Assembly (NCBI GenBank): GCA_000934665.2
Contig: JYFJ02001476.1
Span: 58,853 to 78,852 of the forward strand
Source: Catajapyx aquilonaris
Lineage: Eukaryota
Reading direction: 5' to 3'
DNA length: 20,000 nt
Shown: piece by piece, positions 1-10,503 of the stretch
How the letters are laid out: each line of letters begins with the position of its first letter
Numbering within the stretch: position 1 is the first letter of the stretch
Position numbers and translations under genes: made by a program
Notes under the pieces: generated by a model
What the model was told of the DNA's origin: nothing
Database searches by the model: none
What the model saw: the letters and a program-made list of their open reading frames with translations, nothing else

Positions 1-78
1 TTACTCCCACCAAGTTGTGCCAGTATAATCAATGATGAGGCAAAACCGGTCAAATCAATGCGACGAGATTGTACTTAC

Positions 79-1730
79 AAATAGTTCTTTGTTGTCATGG
101 TGCATGGGTTGGTTCCTCCTCTGCTGATGTGGATGGTGAGCAGAGGATGGGGAAGAGGAAGAAGAGTGTAGCCACCTAAGTGAAGGCAGGGTAAGGGTTG
201 GTGGAGAGTGGGAATGTGGGTTGGAAGAATGCTGGTGCCCTGAATGTGAATGTGCATGGGTGTGTGTCGGAGAGTGTGGAGGAGAGTGTGATGGTGAAGC
301 ATCATCTGTCCGAGAGAAACTCTCATCTGAAGAGGACGCTGTAGATGAGGAGGAGGAGGATGATGATGATGGGGATGAGGAGGAGGTGTGGGAATGGGAG
401 GATGGAGAGAAGGAGGGAGAGAAAGAGGGTGAGTGGTTAAGAGATGACAGCTCTTCAAGAGATACTGGGGGACCACCAGGATGGTGTGAATGATGCTGGT
501 GGTGATGGTGGTGATGGGAGTGTGGATGGTGGTGATGATGGTGATGTGAATGAGGATGGTGGTGGGAAGGTGGGTGGGAAGGTGGGTGGGAAGGTGGATG
601 GGAAGGTGGATGGGAAGGTGGATGGGAAGGTGGATGGGAAGGTTGATGAGATGATGGGTGAGAGGGTGGGTGAGAAGATGTATGAGAAGGTGCATGGGAA
701 GATGAGTTAGATGGTTGGCGTGATGGGGCTGCAGCTGATTTGGATTGGTGAGAATGGTGCGAGTGGGAATTGGATGTTCGAGGACACTGAGAAGACGCAG
801 TACGTGACTGCTGATCCCCATTTCCTGCAGTAGCATTGCTGTTGTGTGTGCTTCCTCCTCTACTGTGCCTCTCCCAAGATGGTACCTTTGGCAAATGGTG
901 GTTATGGTGGTGGTGATGGTGCGGGACAGGAGGCTGATTCACGTGCGAGTGTGGTGACTGATGTGAGTAGCGACCTCCTGAAGCATTATTGGTGGGCTCT
1001 GGAGGCAATGGTTTGTCTGGAGGAGGTGGAACTGAACACTGTGACACATATGAAGGGGGATGGTGAGGAGGAGGAGAAGGCGGGGGAGGTGGAAGAGCCG
1101 CACATCCTACATTGGTGCAAGATGACACCATGCATGCTGCACCACCACTCATGATGCTCATTTTATGGTTACCTCCACTGGGTGTGGTTGCAATTGTGGT
1201 TGTAGTTGTAGTGGTGGTTGGAGTGGAAGTTGATGTAGGTGTAGTGGATGTCGGGGTGGTGGTGGGAGGACCAACCAGTCTGGGAGGAGCTGCCCAGTCA
1301 TATGGAGGTGGAGGGGGCCGTGTGGTGGCTGCTATGTATGTAGGAGGAGCTGCTGCTGCAGGAGGACAGCCATTACTGGCACATCCATTGCCATTGTTGG
1401 GAAGGTGTGGTGGTGGACGAGGAGGAGGGGCTGGTTGGCACCTGGGGAGTGGGGGAGGGGGAAGAAGGGGCTCTGCTTCAGCAATGGGTTCTACTTCTGC
1501 TAATGGAGACAGAGGAGGTGGTGGGGGCGGGGGTGGTAGAGGACCAGCTGGTGCTGATGAGCCTGTCATGCGACCTCCTCCAGCTGCAGCGGCAGGAGCC
1601 CCTGCCCCTCCTCCTCCCCCTCCGCCTAGAAGGGTGGGCGGGCGTGGAGGTCCATTTCCATTACTGCCAGTGTTCAGCTGATGTACCAAGGCCAATGGAG
1701 TAGCAACACCACCATACATCATCCCACATC
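79..1730 (-). CDS. rut: Adenylyl cyclase coding exon 8 (long Pro/His/Ser-rich cytoplasmic tail)
   Basis: tgtgcag|GA matches the phase-1 donor of exon 7. Reads GCGMMYGGVATPLAL...SSDESFSRT...KELF, then either splices at TTT|GTAAGT (intron starts at 78) or reads on to TGA at 57-55. Confidence 0.85.
563..706 (-). repeat. 12-bp coding tandem repeat encoding (HPPS)n
   Basis: About 7 near-perfect TGGGAAGGTGG(G/A) units at 563-646 plus degenerate units to about 706. Protein HAPSHTSSHPPSHPSSHQPS(HPPS)6 followed by poly-His. Confidence 0.9.
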
Positions 1731-2371
1731 CTGCACAATAATTAATCATTACTGCAATACCAATACACACCAACAGATCTATCTTAGCTGCTGGAAGTCC
1801 CCTTTAGCCTATTATCCTAATCATATCCTAAGTGAACAGCAATGCAATCATCCGAAGTGCCATTTTGCATTCTTATTTTTACCTGCTCCAAGTGGTACAT
1901 ACATCCACACTTTTATACACTGATCTTTTCCCACAAAATGCTGCATATCCACTCCTATACTGCCATTCAATGGGAAAGACTGTCTCTCTCATCTGATACA
2001 AATATTCATGTAATTACAAGTACCTCTAAGATTATAATGACTATTCATGTGAAAACTATAAAAACCAAACAAGGCCAAGTCAGCAGTAATGAAGCGTCTC
2101 CAATTGCAGAATATGAAGAGTGGAAAAAATCGCAAGGCCACACCACCTCAACACACAAACTTGAAACTGCAACTAATTTTCCACCAGTCATATTTCTCAA
2201 AATTTGGGGAGCACATCCTACTGCTGCAGTGTGCTACTCAGCAACATTGTGTTGAATACCTTTCAATCAGACAAATCTTCACACCATGCATTTTGAGTGT
2301 GACGTGATGAATATATTATTTCTCTGTCCACCTGATATGAAAATACTAACTATACTACTGTAATTCCACTA

Positions 2372-3086
2372 CAGGAAAACCTCGTTAATTCGTTACAGCC
2401 ATTAGCACTTGTAACTGCTACAAAGCTATTTTGAATAACTACTGCACTACGCATCAGCTGGGCAGGAACCATTTGGCCTTTTCAAATCAGGCAAATATCC
2501 CCATGAGCAGCAAAAGTGCCAACTGCCCAAGCACCACAAGTTTTCATAACACTACTGTGTAGGTCGCATACCCCGCCATCTCCCATAATGCCAGCTTCCA
2601 TCAGCTGGGCTGGAATACCATACCCCCTTGGCTCTCCAAAACAACAGCTGAAATTCCATTTGCATGGTAAGTCAAAATGGCTTGCCCACTAGTTACAATT
2701 GTGCTTATTTCAGGTGAAGAAAAAACAGTGCACAGAAGTACTGCAGGACCATCAATTTCAGGCTGGCAAATGGTACACATATAATGCATCAACGTTATGC
2801 CTTCCAAGGAGAGCATATTCTAGACTTGAGAGAGAGAAGAAAAAACATGCAGAACATATTGGCATGGGGGTAGCAACAATGTTGACAGGGCTTTCTGGGC
2901 ATACAAGGTGTTAGAAAGAGGTTCAACATGATTATCACTGACAAATGAGTTGAACCCAATCATGAAATCACTTGATTCATCCTGCAGTCATATAAGGTAA
3001 AAATATAAATAGCATGTACATGTAGTAATTTCCAGACCTTCAATATTTCCATTTCTTCGATTAGCCAAATTAACAAGGTTCTCCTG
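2372..3086. mobile_element. pogo/Tigger-like (Tc1/mariner superfamily) non-autonomous element, 715 bp
   Basis: Left end TA|CAGGAAAACCTCGTTAATTCG. The right end, reverse-complemented, reads TA|CAGGAGAACCTTGTTAATTTG (18/21 identical). TA at 2370-2371 and 3087-3088. Confidence 0.75.
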
Positions 3087-3159
3087 TACTTAACTGGTAT
3101 GTGTGAATACTCTCTGTAACAAATGAATGGTCATAAGTCAAACCCATTGCTTATTTTAC

Positions 3160-4423
3160 CTGGCAGGTGCTTTGGTTGGGGTGCACTGGTGTCCTCCTCC
3201 CTTCCTCTTGTCCCTGGTTGCCTCCGGTCAGTGAGGAAGTAGGTGGTCATGTCTCCCTTCCCCTTCACCCTCACCTTCCCTCTGCATTGGAACTCGTATG
3301 GAAAGTTCTTCAGAAGGTGATATACATCCTCAGTCGTTTGTGTATGGTTGGGAAGTCCTGTGGAGTCCATCCTGGATGCCACATTGACTGTATTACCCCA
3401 GATGTCATACTGTGGCTTCCTAGCTCCAATTACACCTGCGACAACAGGACCTGCACTCATCCCCACTCGAAGCATGAAGTTGTTATAGGAATTCTCATTG
3501 ATGCTCAGCAATCGCTCCCGCATTGCAAACACAAACTCAACCAGGGTGCTAAGCTGTGCCCCTGCAGCAGCTTCATCATCCTCACTCAAACGAAGCTCTG
3601 GGCTGAGGCCAACAGCAGCCATGTATGTGGAGCCAACGGTCTTGATCTTGTCAACTGCACGAAACCGTTCTTCCCCCAGCAGCTCATCGAAATCAGCAAT
3701 AATTTCATTTAAAAGTCGCAGACATTCCACACCTTGGTTGTTCCCATCTAATTCGGTATAAAACTCATGGAAGTTGGTGATGGATGCAAACAGCACACCC
3801 ACACGGTGATAGCTCTGATGGTAGAGGTCCATATTGTTGCGAAACTGGTTGTCCAGAAAGTGTGTGGCAACATGTGCAGGAAGCAAATTGAACAAGATCC
3901 GCTTGTTGCTGTGCTGCAATGCATCCATCTCCTTCTTCTCCTCATTCGCTTGCAGCTGCCACAAAAAGTCAAGTCTTGCAGTCCACTCCACCTGACGGGC
4001 ATGAATTAGAACAGCCAGCAGGAACATCAACACCTGGAGGCTGCCCTCAAGTCGAAGTGGAAGTGACTGCTCAGACCGAAGATCAAAGCAGTCAAACAGT
4101 GCCGAATGGCTCAGATGGACCAGCAGTAGGTACATGGCACCAGTGAGTAGCAGGAGAGCAGCCTTCAGCGCCAGTGGGAGGCGCAGAAAGACAGCAACTG
4201 CCAGGCACCCAGCTGTACCAGAAAGGAGTACGTAATGGGGCAGGGGGCAGCCACGGTGGTCAGCTCCTCCCCATCCTGAAGGTGGGGTGGAAGGGGAAGG
4301 ATGAGATGAAGGTGAGGAGTCAACAGGGACTGACACAGCAAAGGACACTGCAGGTGCAGCACCGTTGGGCATAGACGTCATGTTGACCTTGCCCAGGCAG
4401 GGTTCTTCAGTGCGGCAAGTGAA
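3160..4423 (-). CDS. rut: Adenylyl cyclase coding exon 7 (rest of M2 and the whole catalytic C2a)
   Basis: gtttcag|TTC FTCR...ARLDFLWQLQA...ILFNLLPAHVA...GVECLRLLNEIIADFD...KIKTVGSTYMAA...KPQYDIWGNTVNVASRMDSTG...VKGKGDMTTYFL. Adenine-specifying K/D and transition-state N/R residues are intact. Donor G|GTAAAA, phase 1. Confidence 0.96.
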
Positions 4424-4719
4424 CTGAAACAAAAGAATAAGAATGATATACAACTAATGATCTATTAGAAACATTCAGCTAACAATTCATCAGGCATGTC
4501 ATCCTTGTTAGGTCAAACTTCTATAAACCACTTTGCACCAACACAAACTAGTGTTTACTCAGCCAATCGTATTTCAATGACAGTGACATTGCCTATTTTA
4601 TATTTTTCTGATCACACATATCAACCAATTACAGATGCTTCTGAGAGGAACTGTCATGTACCAAATCATGCTTATAAAAACAATCTTACTCCTCCCCGTA
4701 TGTGATCACATCTACTCAC

Positions 4720-5448
4720 CACATTGACTTGTGCCACAGCATAGACCAAGATGAGTGTGAAAGCTGTGACTGCAATCCTTAGCGGAAAGGACGCTGACAA
4801 ATCCCATGCCAGCCACCTAAGCCTGGCAGCCAGCAGCAACATGAGAAGAACAGCCACCCATACAAATGCTGTCAGGAAGAGCAACAGCAGGATAAGGGTA
4901 CGAGGCAGTACCGCTAACTGGACGCCCCCAACCAGTGATAGCACAAGAAGGCAGCATGCCAGTGAAGCACCCAAACCAGGATCAGCCTCTTCCTGGTACT
5001 GTCTCTCCTTCTGGCCATCCCGAAAGCACAGGCTGACCAAGTTGACGTGAGTCTCCTTCTCTCGGTCCACAGAGCGGGCTTCAATAGCTTGTGCCAGGAA
5101 CTTGTTGACACGGTTTGATGGTTGGTGGGGATGATAGGTGCTGGAGTGACGCTTTTTAAATGGGCGTCGAAATTTATCAGAGCCACCACCATTTCCAGTT
5201 TTGGTTGGGAGTATAACATCTCCACCACCAAGGCTGTCGCTGCCACCCCCGCCTTGTTGAAGAAGTGGGGCACTAGCAGCTGCAGCTGCAGCTGCTGCTC
5301 CTACAGCACCAGCAGTCCCAAGAATGTTGCCACCTCGGCCAGCCCCACGTCCAGCTGTACCACCTCGGCTTCCTGCCTGCTGCATCTGGGTTTGTATCTG
5401 TGTAGCAGCGCCAGCAACACCATGCCCACCCCGAAGGAGGGAGTTTTC
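4720..5448 (-). CDS. rut: Adenylyl cyclase coding exon 6 (C1b and start of second membrane cluster M2)
   Basis: tgcacag|GAA ENSLL...DKFRRPFKKRHSS...NRVNKFLAQAIEARSVDREKETHVNLVSLCF, then TM helices to AQVNV. Donor GTG|GTGAGT; 729 nt, phase 0-0. Confidence 0.88.
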
Positions 5449-5481
5449 CTGTGCAGTGCAGGCAATGAGTTCATACAAGGG

Positions 5482-5501
5482 CACACACACACACACACAC
5501 A
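5482..5501. repeat. (CA)10 microsatellite, (TG)n on the gene's sense strand
   Basis: Directly visible, about 35 nt upstream of the exon 6 acceptor. Confidence 0.95.
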
Positions 5502-6080
5502 CTCAAGAAATAAACAAGTATAAATTTCAGAGGGTAGCAGAAAGTGAGTCAAATATACTACAGTGTATCATCAGACACAATTAAAGCCTCAACAAATGAG
5601 GTAATTGTAACTAAGATTTTTGTAGTAGGACATACCAGTACGTGTCAGATACTCTTTTTTGACTTCCTGTTCCTTCTCCTTGTATATGATTGTCAATATG
5701 CTTTCAAAGCACAGTGAAACCTGTCTATAAGCAACCCTAGATAAAGTGAAAACGTGTCCACTTACACAAATTATGTCTAATTCCACCAGATGATTTTCAT
5801 AATGGAAACCATTTTAGCACTTTTTTTTTTCTTTTTCTTTTTTCTTTTTTTTTTTTGAATGGAGAAACTCTCCTACTGAGAGATTGCACTGCATAACATA
5901 GAAAATCAGGATGTACCAATTTCACTAATTCTGTAATAACATTAACAGCCACCTGACTAGTGTTTTGATTTTAAATTAAATATACTAATATTTGCGTTTC
6001 TAAAGGCAACATCTAACTTTCTCCTTCCCCTCACAAGAGTACATATTGAAACATTACTGCCAATATCTTATAGGACTGAC

Positions 6081-6350
6081 CTTTCTCGGAAAGGATCCAG
6101 GCTTTGCCACTGCTGCTGCCACAGCAGCAGCCGCTGATGTCTCACTGCATGCCTGAATGTGCTGGTTCTGCCCTGGTCCCTGGCTCTGTGATGGGGGCAC
6201 AGAGGCCATGTTGGCAAAGGGCACCTCCATGGAGTACTTGATGGAGTGCAGCAGCTGGATGACGACGTTTCCCACATTCTTGAAGGACAGCTTACGCCTC
6301 TGGGTGGACCCTAGGGCTGACCTCACCTGCAGCGTGTTGAACAGCAACGG
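6081..6350 (-). CDS. rut: Adenylyl cyclase coding exon 5 (C1b, probable calmodulin-binding helix)
   Basis: gagcag|CCG PLLFNTLQVRSALGSTQRRKLSFKNVGNVVIQLLHSIKYSMEVPFANM...SFPRK. Donor AAG|GTCAGT; 270 nt, phase 0-0. The peptide resembles rutabaga C1b as I recall it. The acceptor position is less certain because of tandem AGs. Confidence 0.85.
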
Positions 6351-6961
6351 CTGCTCTTCCCAACACGCCAACAGAGCGCGAGGTGGGCAGGCAGGCACCA
6401 AGGTGGGGGATTGCAGTTTTGTGGGGGTTTTTTTGTGTGTGGATGGATGCCCAAGGTTGGGGTAGCAAGGAGAGGGGAAAAACATTCATTCATAACCACA
6501 TACGATCTGACCCTAATCATAGCCAATGAAGTGCAGAGGCAGATAAAGTGTGAATAAATTTTCTTACAAACTGGAAATTGTAAAAATGACCCTGTAAAAA
6601 TCCCCTCACTTTAGTTAAGCAGGTTAACAACAGCAGCAACATTTCATTAATTTCATTACGTGCAAGCATACTGTTACATGTTGCACTAACAAAATTTTAA
6701 ATCTGTTGGGGGTGGGGGCATTACAAAGCAACATGTAACATGAGGGGAGATGAGGAGGTGGAGAGATGCACAAGCTCACACAGGTACACAAGGTGAAGTA
6801 AGGATGGCATCCAATCTCCCCGAGCCAGAATGGGGGGCACCCCCTCCCCTCATTCCCATAACGGGCATATGTACAGTTATTGTTGCTCCTTCACCACAGA
6901 AGCCATTCATTAGAATGTCCAGAGATAACTTCACTTCAGAGAGGTCGCAGAGGGTTATTAC

Positions 6962-7628
6962 TAGAGTCCGGATTTGTAGGCAAATGCCTGTATAGTTCCT
7001 TAACAGTTGGGATGGTTTTGTGAAGAGATCTATCCATTTCATAAGTGCAGGATGTGGAGAACGTAGGTTTCATAGTGCCTAAAATTGCCCATTTCGTGGT
7101 TATGGGAACTATTTTGCCTATTCTGGCATTTTGCGACTTTTCATGCCTTTTTGCCCTTTTTTGGGATAGTTTGAACTTTTTGAAGCATTTTTGGGACTTT
7201 TTGGGCCTATTCCAGACCTATATCTTCAGAGGCACGTTTGGTTTTCTGTGGAATATTTTTTGTGCTCCCGAAAGGGCCAAAATCGTTCAGAAGTAATACG
7301 AATCATGTTTCATTGACTTGTGTGCCGAATATTTTTCTAAATTTTGGCAACATATTGTGCAAGTGGAAACTGGCCATAAGCGGTAATTGAGTCCAGAGCA
7401 AGTGATACTTGCTTGCACTTCGTGTCTTTTGCCCAAGTTTCGTGATTTCCTGTCAGTTTGTCGTTGTTATTCGGTTTGTGACCTTATATTTATACTTAAA
7501 ATTATTCTAGCTTTTTTATTTTCTGTAACATTATCCGTCATACTCCCGAAAAAGTAAAAATTTGGTACCTACTTGAGGTTTTTTCGTGCCTATTTCGGAG
7601 TTTTTTCGTGCCTAAAATCCGGACTCTA
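6962..7628. mobile_element. hAT-like non-autonomous DNA transposon (MITE), 667 bp
   Basis: TIR TAGAGTCCGGATTT(G)TAGGCA at both ends. Perfect 8-bp TSD GTTATTAC at 6954-6961 and 7629-7636. Subterminal repeat TTTTTTCGTGCCTA occurs twice near the right end. Confidence 0.88.
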
Positions 7629-8619
7629 GTTATTACATGGTAAATTTTAATCGATATTCCAATTTTGCCACATTTGTAAAATAAAAATTTGCAATCGTCA
7701 TTCTGAGTAAGTGCAATTTGCATGTAAATCAATGGCATGTTATAACATTGACTAAAGGTTCCAAGATTAATTTTAATAATTTAATTAATGCTGCATTGTA
7801 GAAATTTTCTCTTTCAACATCTCATGTAACATATTTCAAGGAAAATGCAGCCATGACTAATACACTCATTCCTTGATACCTCAGAGCAGCCCACCTCTCT
7901 GGTTGAAGCTTTACTGAACACACTTACTCCAAGACTCAAATTGTAAGCCACTTTCCAGAAACTTACTTTACACTACAAAATAATCACAATGTTTTCATCA
8001 ATTTAACATCTCTTCATGTTTGTTCCAAAGCAAGTGTATTCGGATCATAGCGGAAACTCCCATTAAACCAGCGTGAGTAATAGACCTGTGATTTATAACA
8101 ATCACATGGCAAGCAACCAAACTTTTTCACTATCTTCTGCCAACATACATGTCAAAATATTTGAAAAAATACTTTCTTCTAATAAGCAAGTGGGATGTAA
8201 ACCATTGCCTTCGATACTATTGCCAGTAAGTAAACTGTAAACCTACACTTACTTCATTTGTGCAACATGTGATTTATTGCGTAAAATTAGCTTTGCATTT
8301 GTAAGTTGGAGTGAATGTGTTAAAGTAATGCAGTCTCTGTTACAATTGAATCAGTGAACTGTTAAACTCTTTTAACTAGTCAGTCCTTCAAGGAGCCAAA
8401 TAAGAGCAAGCCATTATAGAATTATGTTACATTCAGCATTAGGTAAATGGTTACAGAAGATTCACTGATTGCAGCAACTGTGGAAAAGGGCCAACTTTCT
8501 ATTGAGGGGCAACTGCTTTTCTTTCCCCAAATTTTCCCAAGGACACGATTGTCAGAACCAAAGCACCAACATTGAAAGGACATCATGGGGAGAAGTAACA
8601 GAGCAACAGATAGACTGAC

Positions 8620-8764
8620 CTTTCTTCTCCTTGCTGGTGGAACAACAAAATACGTGGTGATACCATGGTCACGAAGATACTGGTTGCGAGTCGCCCCATG
8701 TCCTGGTTCAAGCTCATATTCTCCATGCAGGCAGGTCAACGTTTGTGCAGTCACGTGCACACGC
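8620..8764 (-). CDS. rut: Adenylyl cyclase coding exon 4 (end of C1a)
   Basis: ttttggcag|G RVHVTAQTLTCLHGEYELEPGHGATRNQYLRDHGITTYFVVPPARRRK. Donor AAG|GTCAGT, phase 0. Confidence 0.93.
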
Positions 8765-8990
8765 CTGCCAAAAGTCACGTTTATTCCATTAGCTAGTCAT
8801 ATTGCACATACACAAAAAATAGCTGCATGCACTGTCACTACACTCAATTCTAGTAGAAAACATTACTCAAACTAATGATAACTTTACAAATTATACTAAG
8901 CGAAAATATTTAAAACCAATAAAAGAACAAAATCATGTTCATTCATTTCAAAATTTCTTCGACTACTTCATGGGAACAGTGGCTACTAAC

Positions 8991-9149
8991 CCTGGCTCTC
9001 CACCTGCCTCCATTGAGTTGGCTAAGGTGACATCATTTGACCATACATCATACTGCCACTTTCGAAGGCCCAAAACCCCACAGAGAACTCGTCCTGAGTG
9101 TATACCCACACGCATGTTAAGTTGAACATCTGTAGCATCAACCACAGAC
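8991..9149 (-). CDS. rut: Adenylyl cyclase coding exon 3 (C1a)
   Basis: ttccag|[54 protein letters not shown]. Donor GG|GTTAGT, phase 2. Upstream intron is 77 bp. Confidence 0.95.
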
Positions 9150-9226
9150 CTGGAAGAGGCAGATAAATTATGTTACGTTGAGAGTCATAGGTATCAAGTT
9201 GGAAAAAAGACTGCTATTAAACTCAC

Positions 9227-9354
9227 GCAATAGCATCAATCATGTCCAGACCCATTTCCACAGCACAGTGTGCATGATCTGAGCGAGGCTCTGGAAGGCC
9301 TGAGACACAATAGTAGCAGTCACCAAGAATCTTGATGCGCAGGCAATGATTGTC
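9227..9354 (-). CDS. rut: Adenylyl cyclase coding exon 2 (C1a)
   Basis: Absent from the ORF track and read by hand: aaatag|[45 protein letters not shown](A), containing the second metal-binding Asp (GDCY). Donor GC|GTGAGT, phase 2. Confidence 0.95.
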
Positions 9355-9468
9355 CTATTTGGGGGGAATAATGATGTTATAGAAATTTTAATTACTGAAG
9401 TAAAAATAACCTAACACAAAGCAATGACTCATGTTTTGGATGCTTTAATACTTCAATAATCTTGTTAA

Positions 9469-10503
9469 AGGGACAGCCCACTACTGAGACAAGTTGGTCT
9501 CGAAAAATTGTGCCAAAAATAAGATTTCATATGGTGCAGTCAGTTTTTCTCTCCCCAGGGCAAGAGGTCAGATTCGTAAAATCATAGTCTCCCGCTCAGC
9601 AAGTGGCGCATCCAGGTGACAAAAATAACAAAACCTGGCAGCCAGACGGACGAACCACAGACATGTACAGGCCTAAACGCTATTTTCTAGCAGCAGTACG
9701 GTACACAAGTAACTGCTAATGACACATCCCTAAGCCAGTGCATGCTACACCTAATATGAAGGGGTCGGTGCAATACCGCCCTAACCCACCAAATGACACA
9801 AATTGAGTTAAGCACACTTCCATGTACTACACTCATGTATCTAATAAAATCCATTGAAATTGTGCAGTTTCTGCCATCGGTCGCTGAGAAATCAAATGAA
9901 ATAAGTCACATGGTATATGGAATGTATATGGCCTCTCAAACTTTCAACTGCAGTTTTCTCAAAATCAGGTTTGGGAGGGTTAGGGCAGTATTGCACCGAC
10001 CCCTTCAATTGTTTAACAAAAAAATGACTGATGTTGTAGCCTGGCATACACTAATTGTGCTTCAAATTGGAATGAGCATTGAAACAGAGCCATTAGCAAT
10101 CTTCTGGGCACTAACACTTATTAGCTGCTATTCTCAAACGTGTCACAGCTCTTCCAGGATGTCACAGTCCAGTGATTCTGACTAGTGTCCCGGAGATAGT
10201 CTGGTGCCAGTTAGCACTGACATTGTGAATGTCATATTTCAGTGTGGAAAAGGCACCACTTAGCTCGGGCGGGGGGAAATAGTGGGCTACACCAAGCACC
10301 CATAATTTGTGCCGTAGACACGTCTAGTTCTGCCCTCATCTGGTGGCATCGCCACCTATGATGGGTGCAGTTTTCAAATGACACACTTCCAGCTTTCACC
10401 CTGGGGTTACTGTTCGGATGACAGAAAAACCGACTGCACTGTCAGAAATCTTATTTTTGGGACGTTTTTAAAGACCAACTTGTCTCAATAGTGGACTGTC
10501 CCT
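9469..10503. mobile_element. Kolobok-like non-autonomous DNA transposon, 1035 bp including a nested element
   Basis: TTAA|AGGGACAG(C/T)CCACTA(C/T)TGAGACAAGTTGGTCT at both ends, with imperfect inverted identity extending 80-100 bp. TTAA TSD at 9465-9468 and 10504-10507. AG...CT termini with TTAA fit Kolobok rather than piggyBac (CCC...GGG). Confidence 0.82.
9758..10006. mobile_element. 249-bp MITE nested in the Kolobok-like element (superfamily uncertain, possibly Sola-like)
   Basis: 30-bp TIR GAAGGGGTCGGTGCAATAC(C/T)GCCCTAACCC with one mismatch. Flanks ATAT and AATT are both AWWT-type but not identical. Confidence 0.75.

Noticed and set aside
563..706. Regular repeats as a CRISPR-like array
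   Set aside because: Contiguous 12-bp units without spacers, inside a eukaryotic coding exon.
75..1923. Overlapping ORFs (253 aa minus; 90, 88, 102, 189, 98 and 80 aa plus), including a VDGK repeat
   Set aside because: Alternative-frame or antisense shadows of the low-complexity exon 8; no independent domain signal.
3167..5584. Plus-strand ORFs opposite exons 6-7 (for example 181 and 133 aa)
   Set aside because: Antisense shadows of GC-rich coding exons.
6750..7296. ORFs of 81-88 aa in intron 4 as possible extra exons
   Set aside because: They cross into or lie within the hAT-like MITE, show no cyclase similarity, and exons 4 and 5 already join without a gap.
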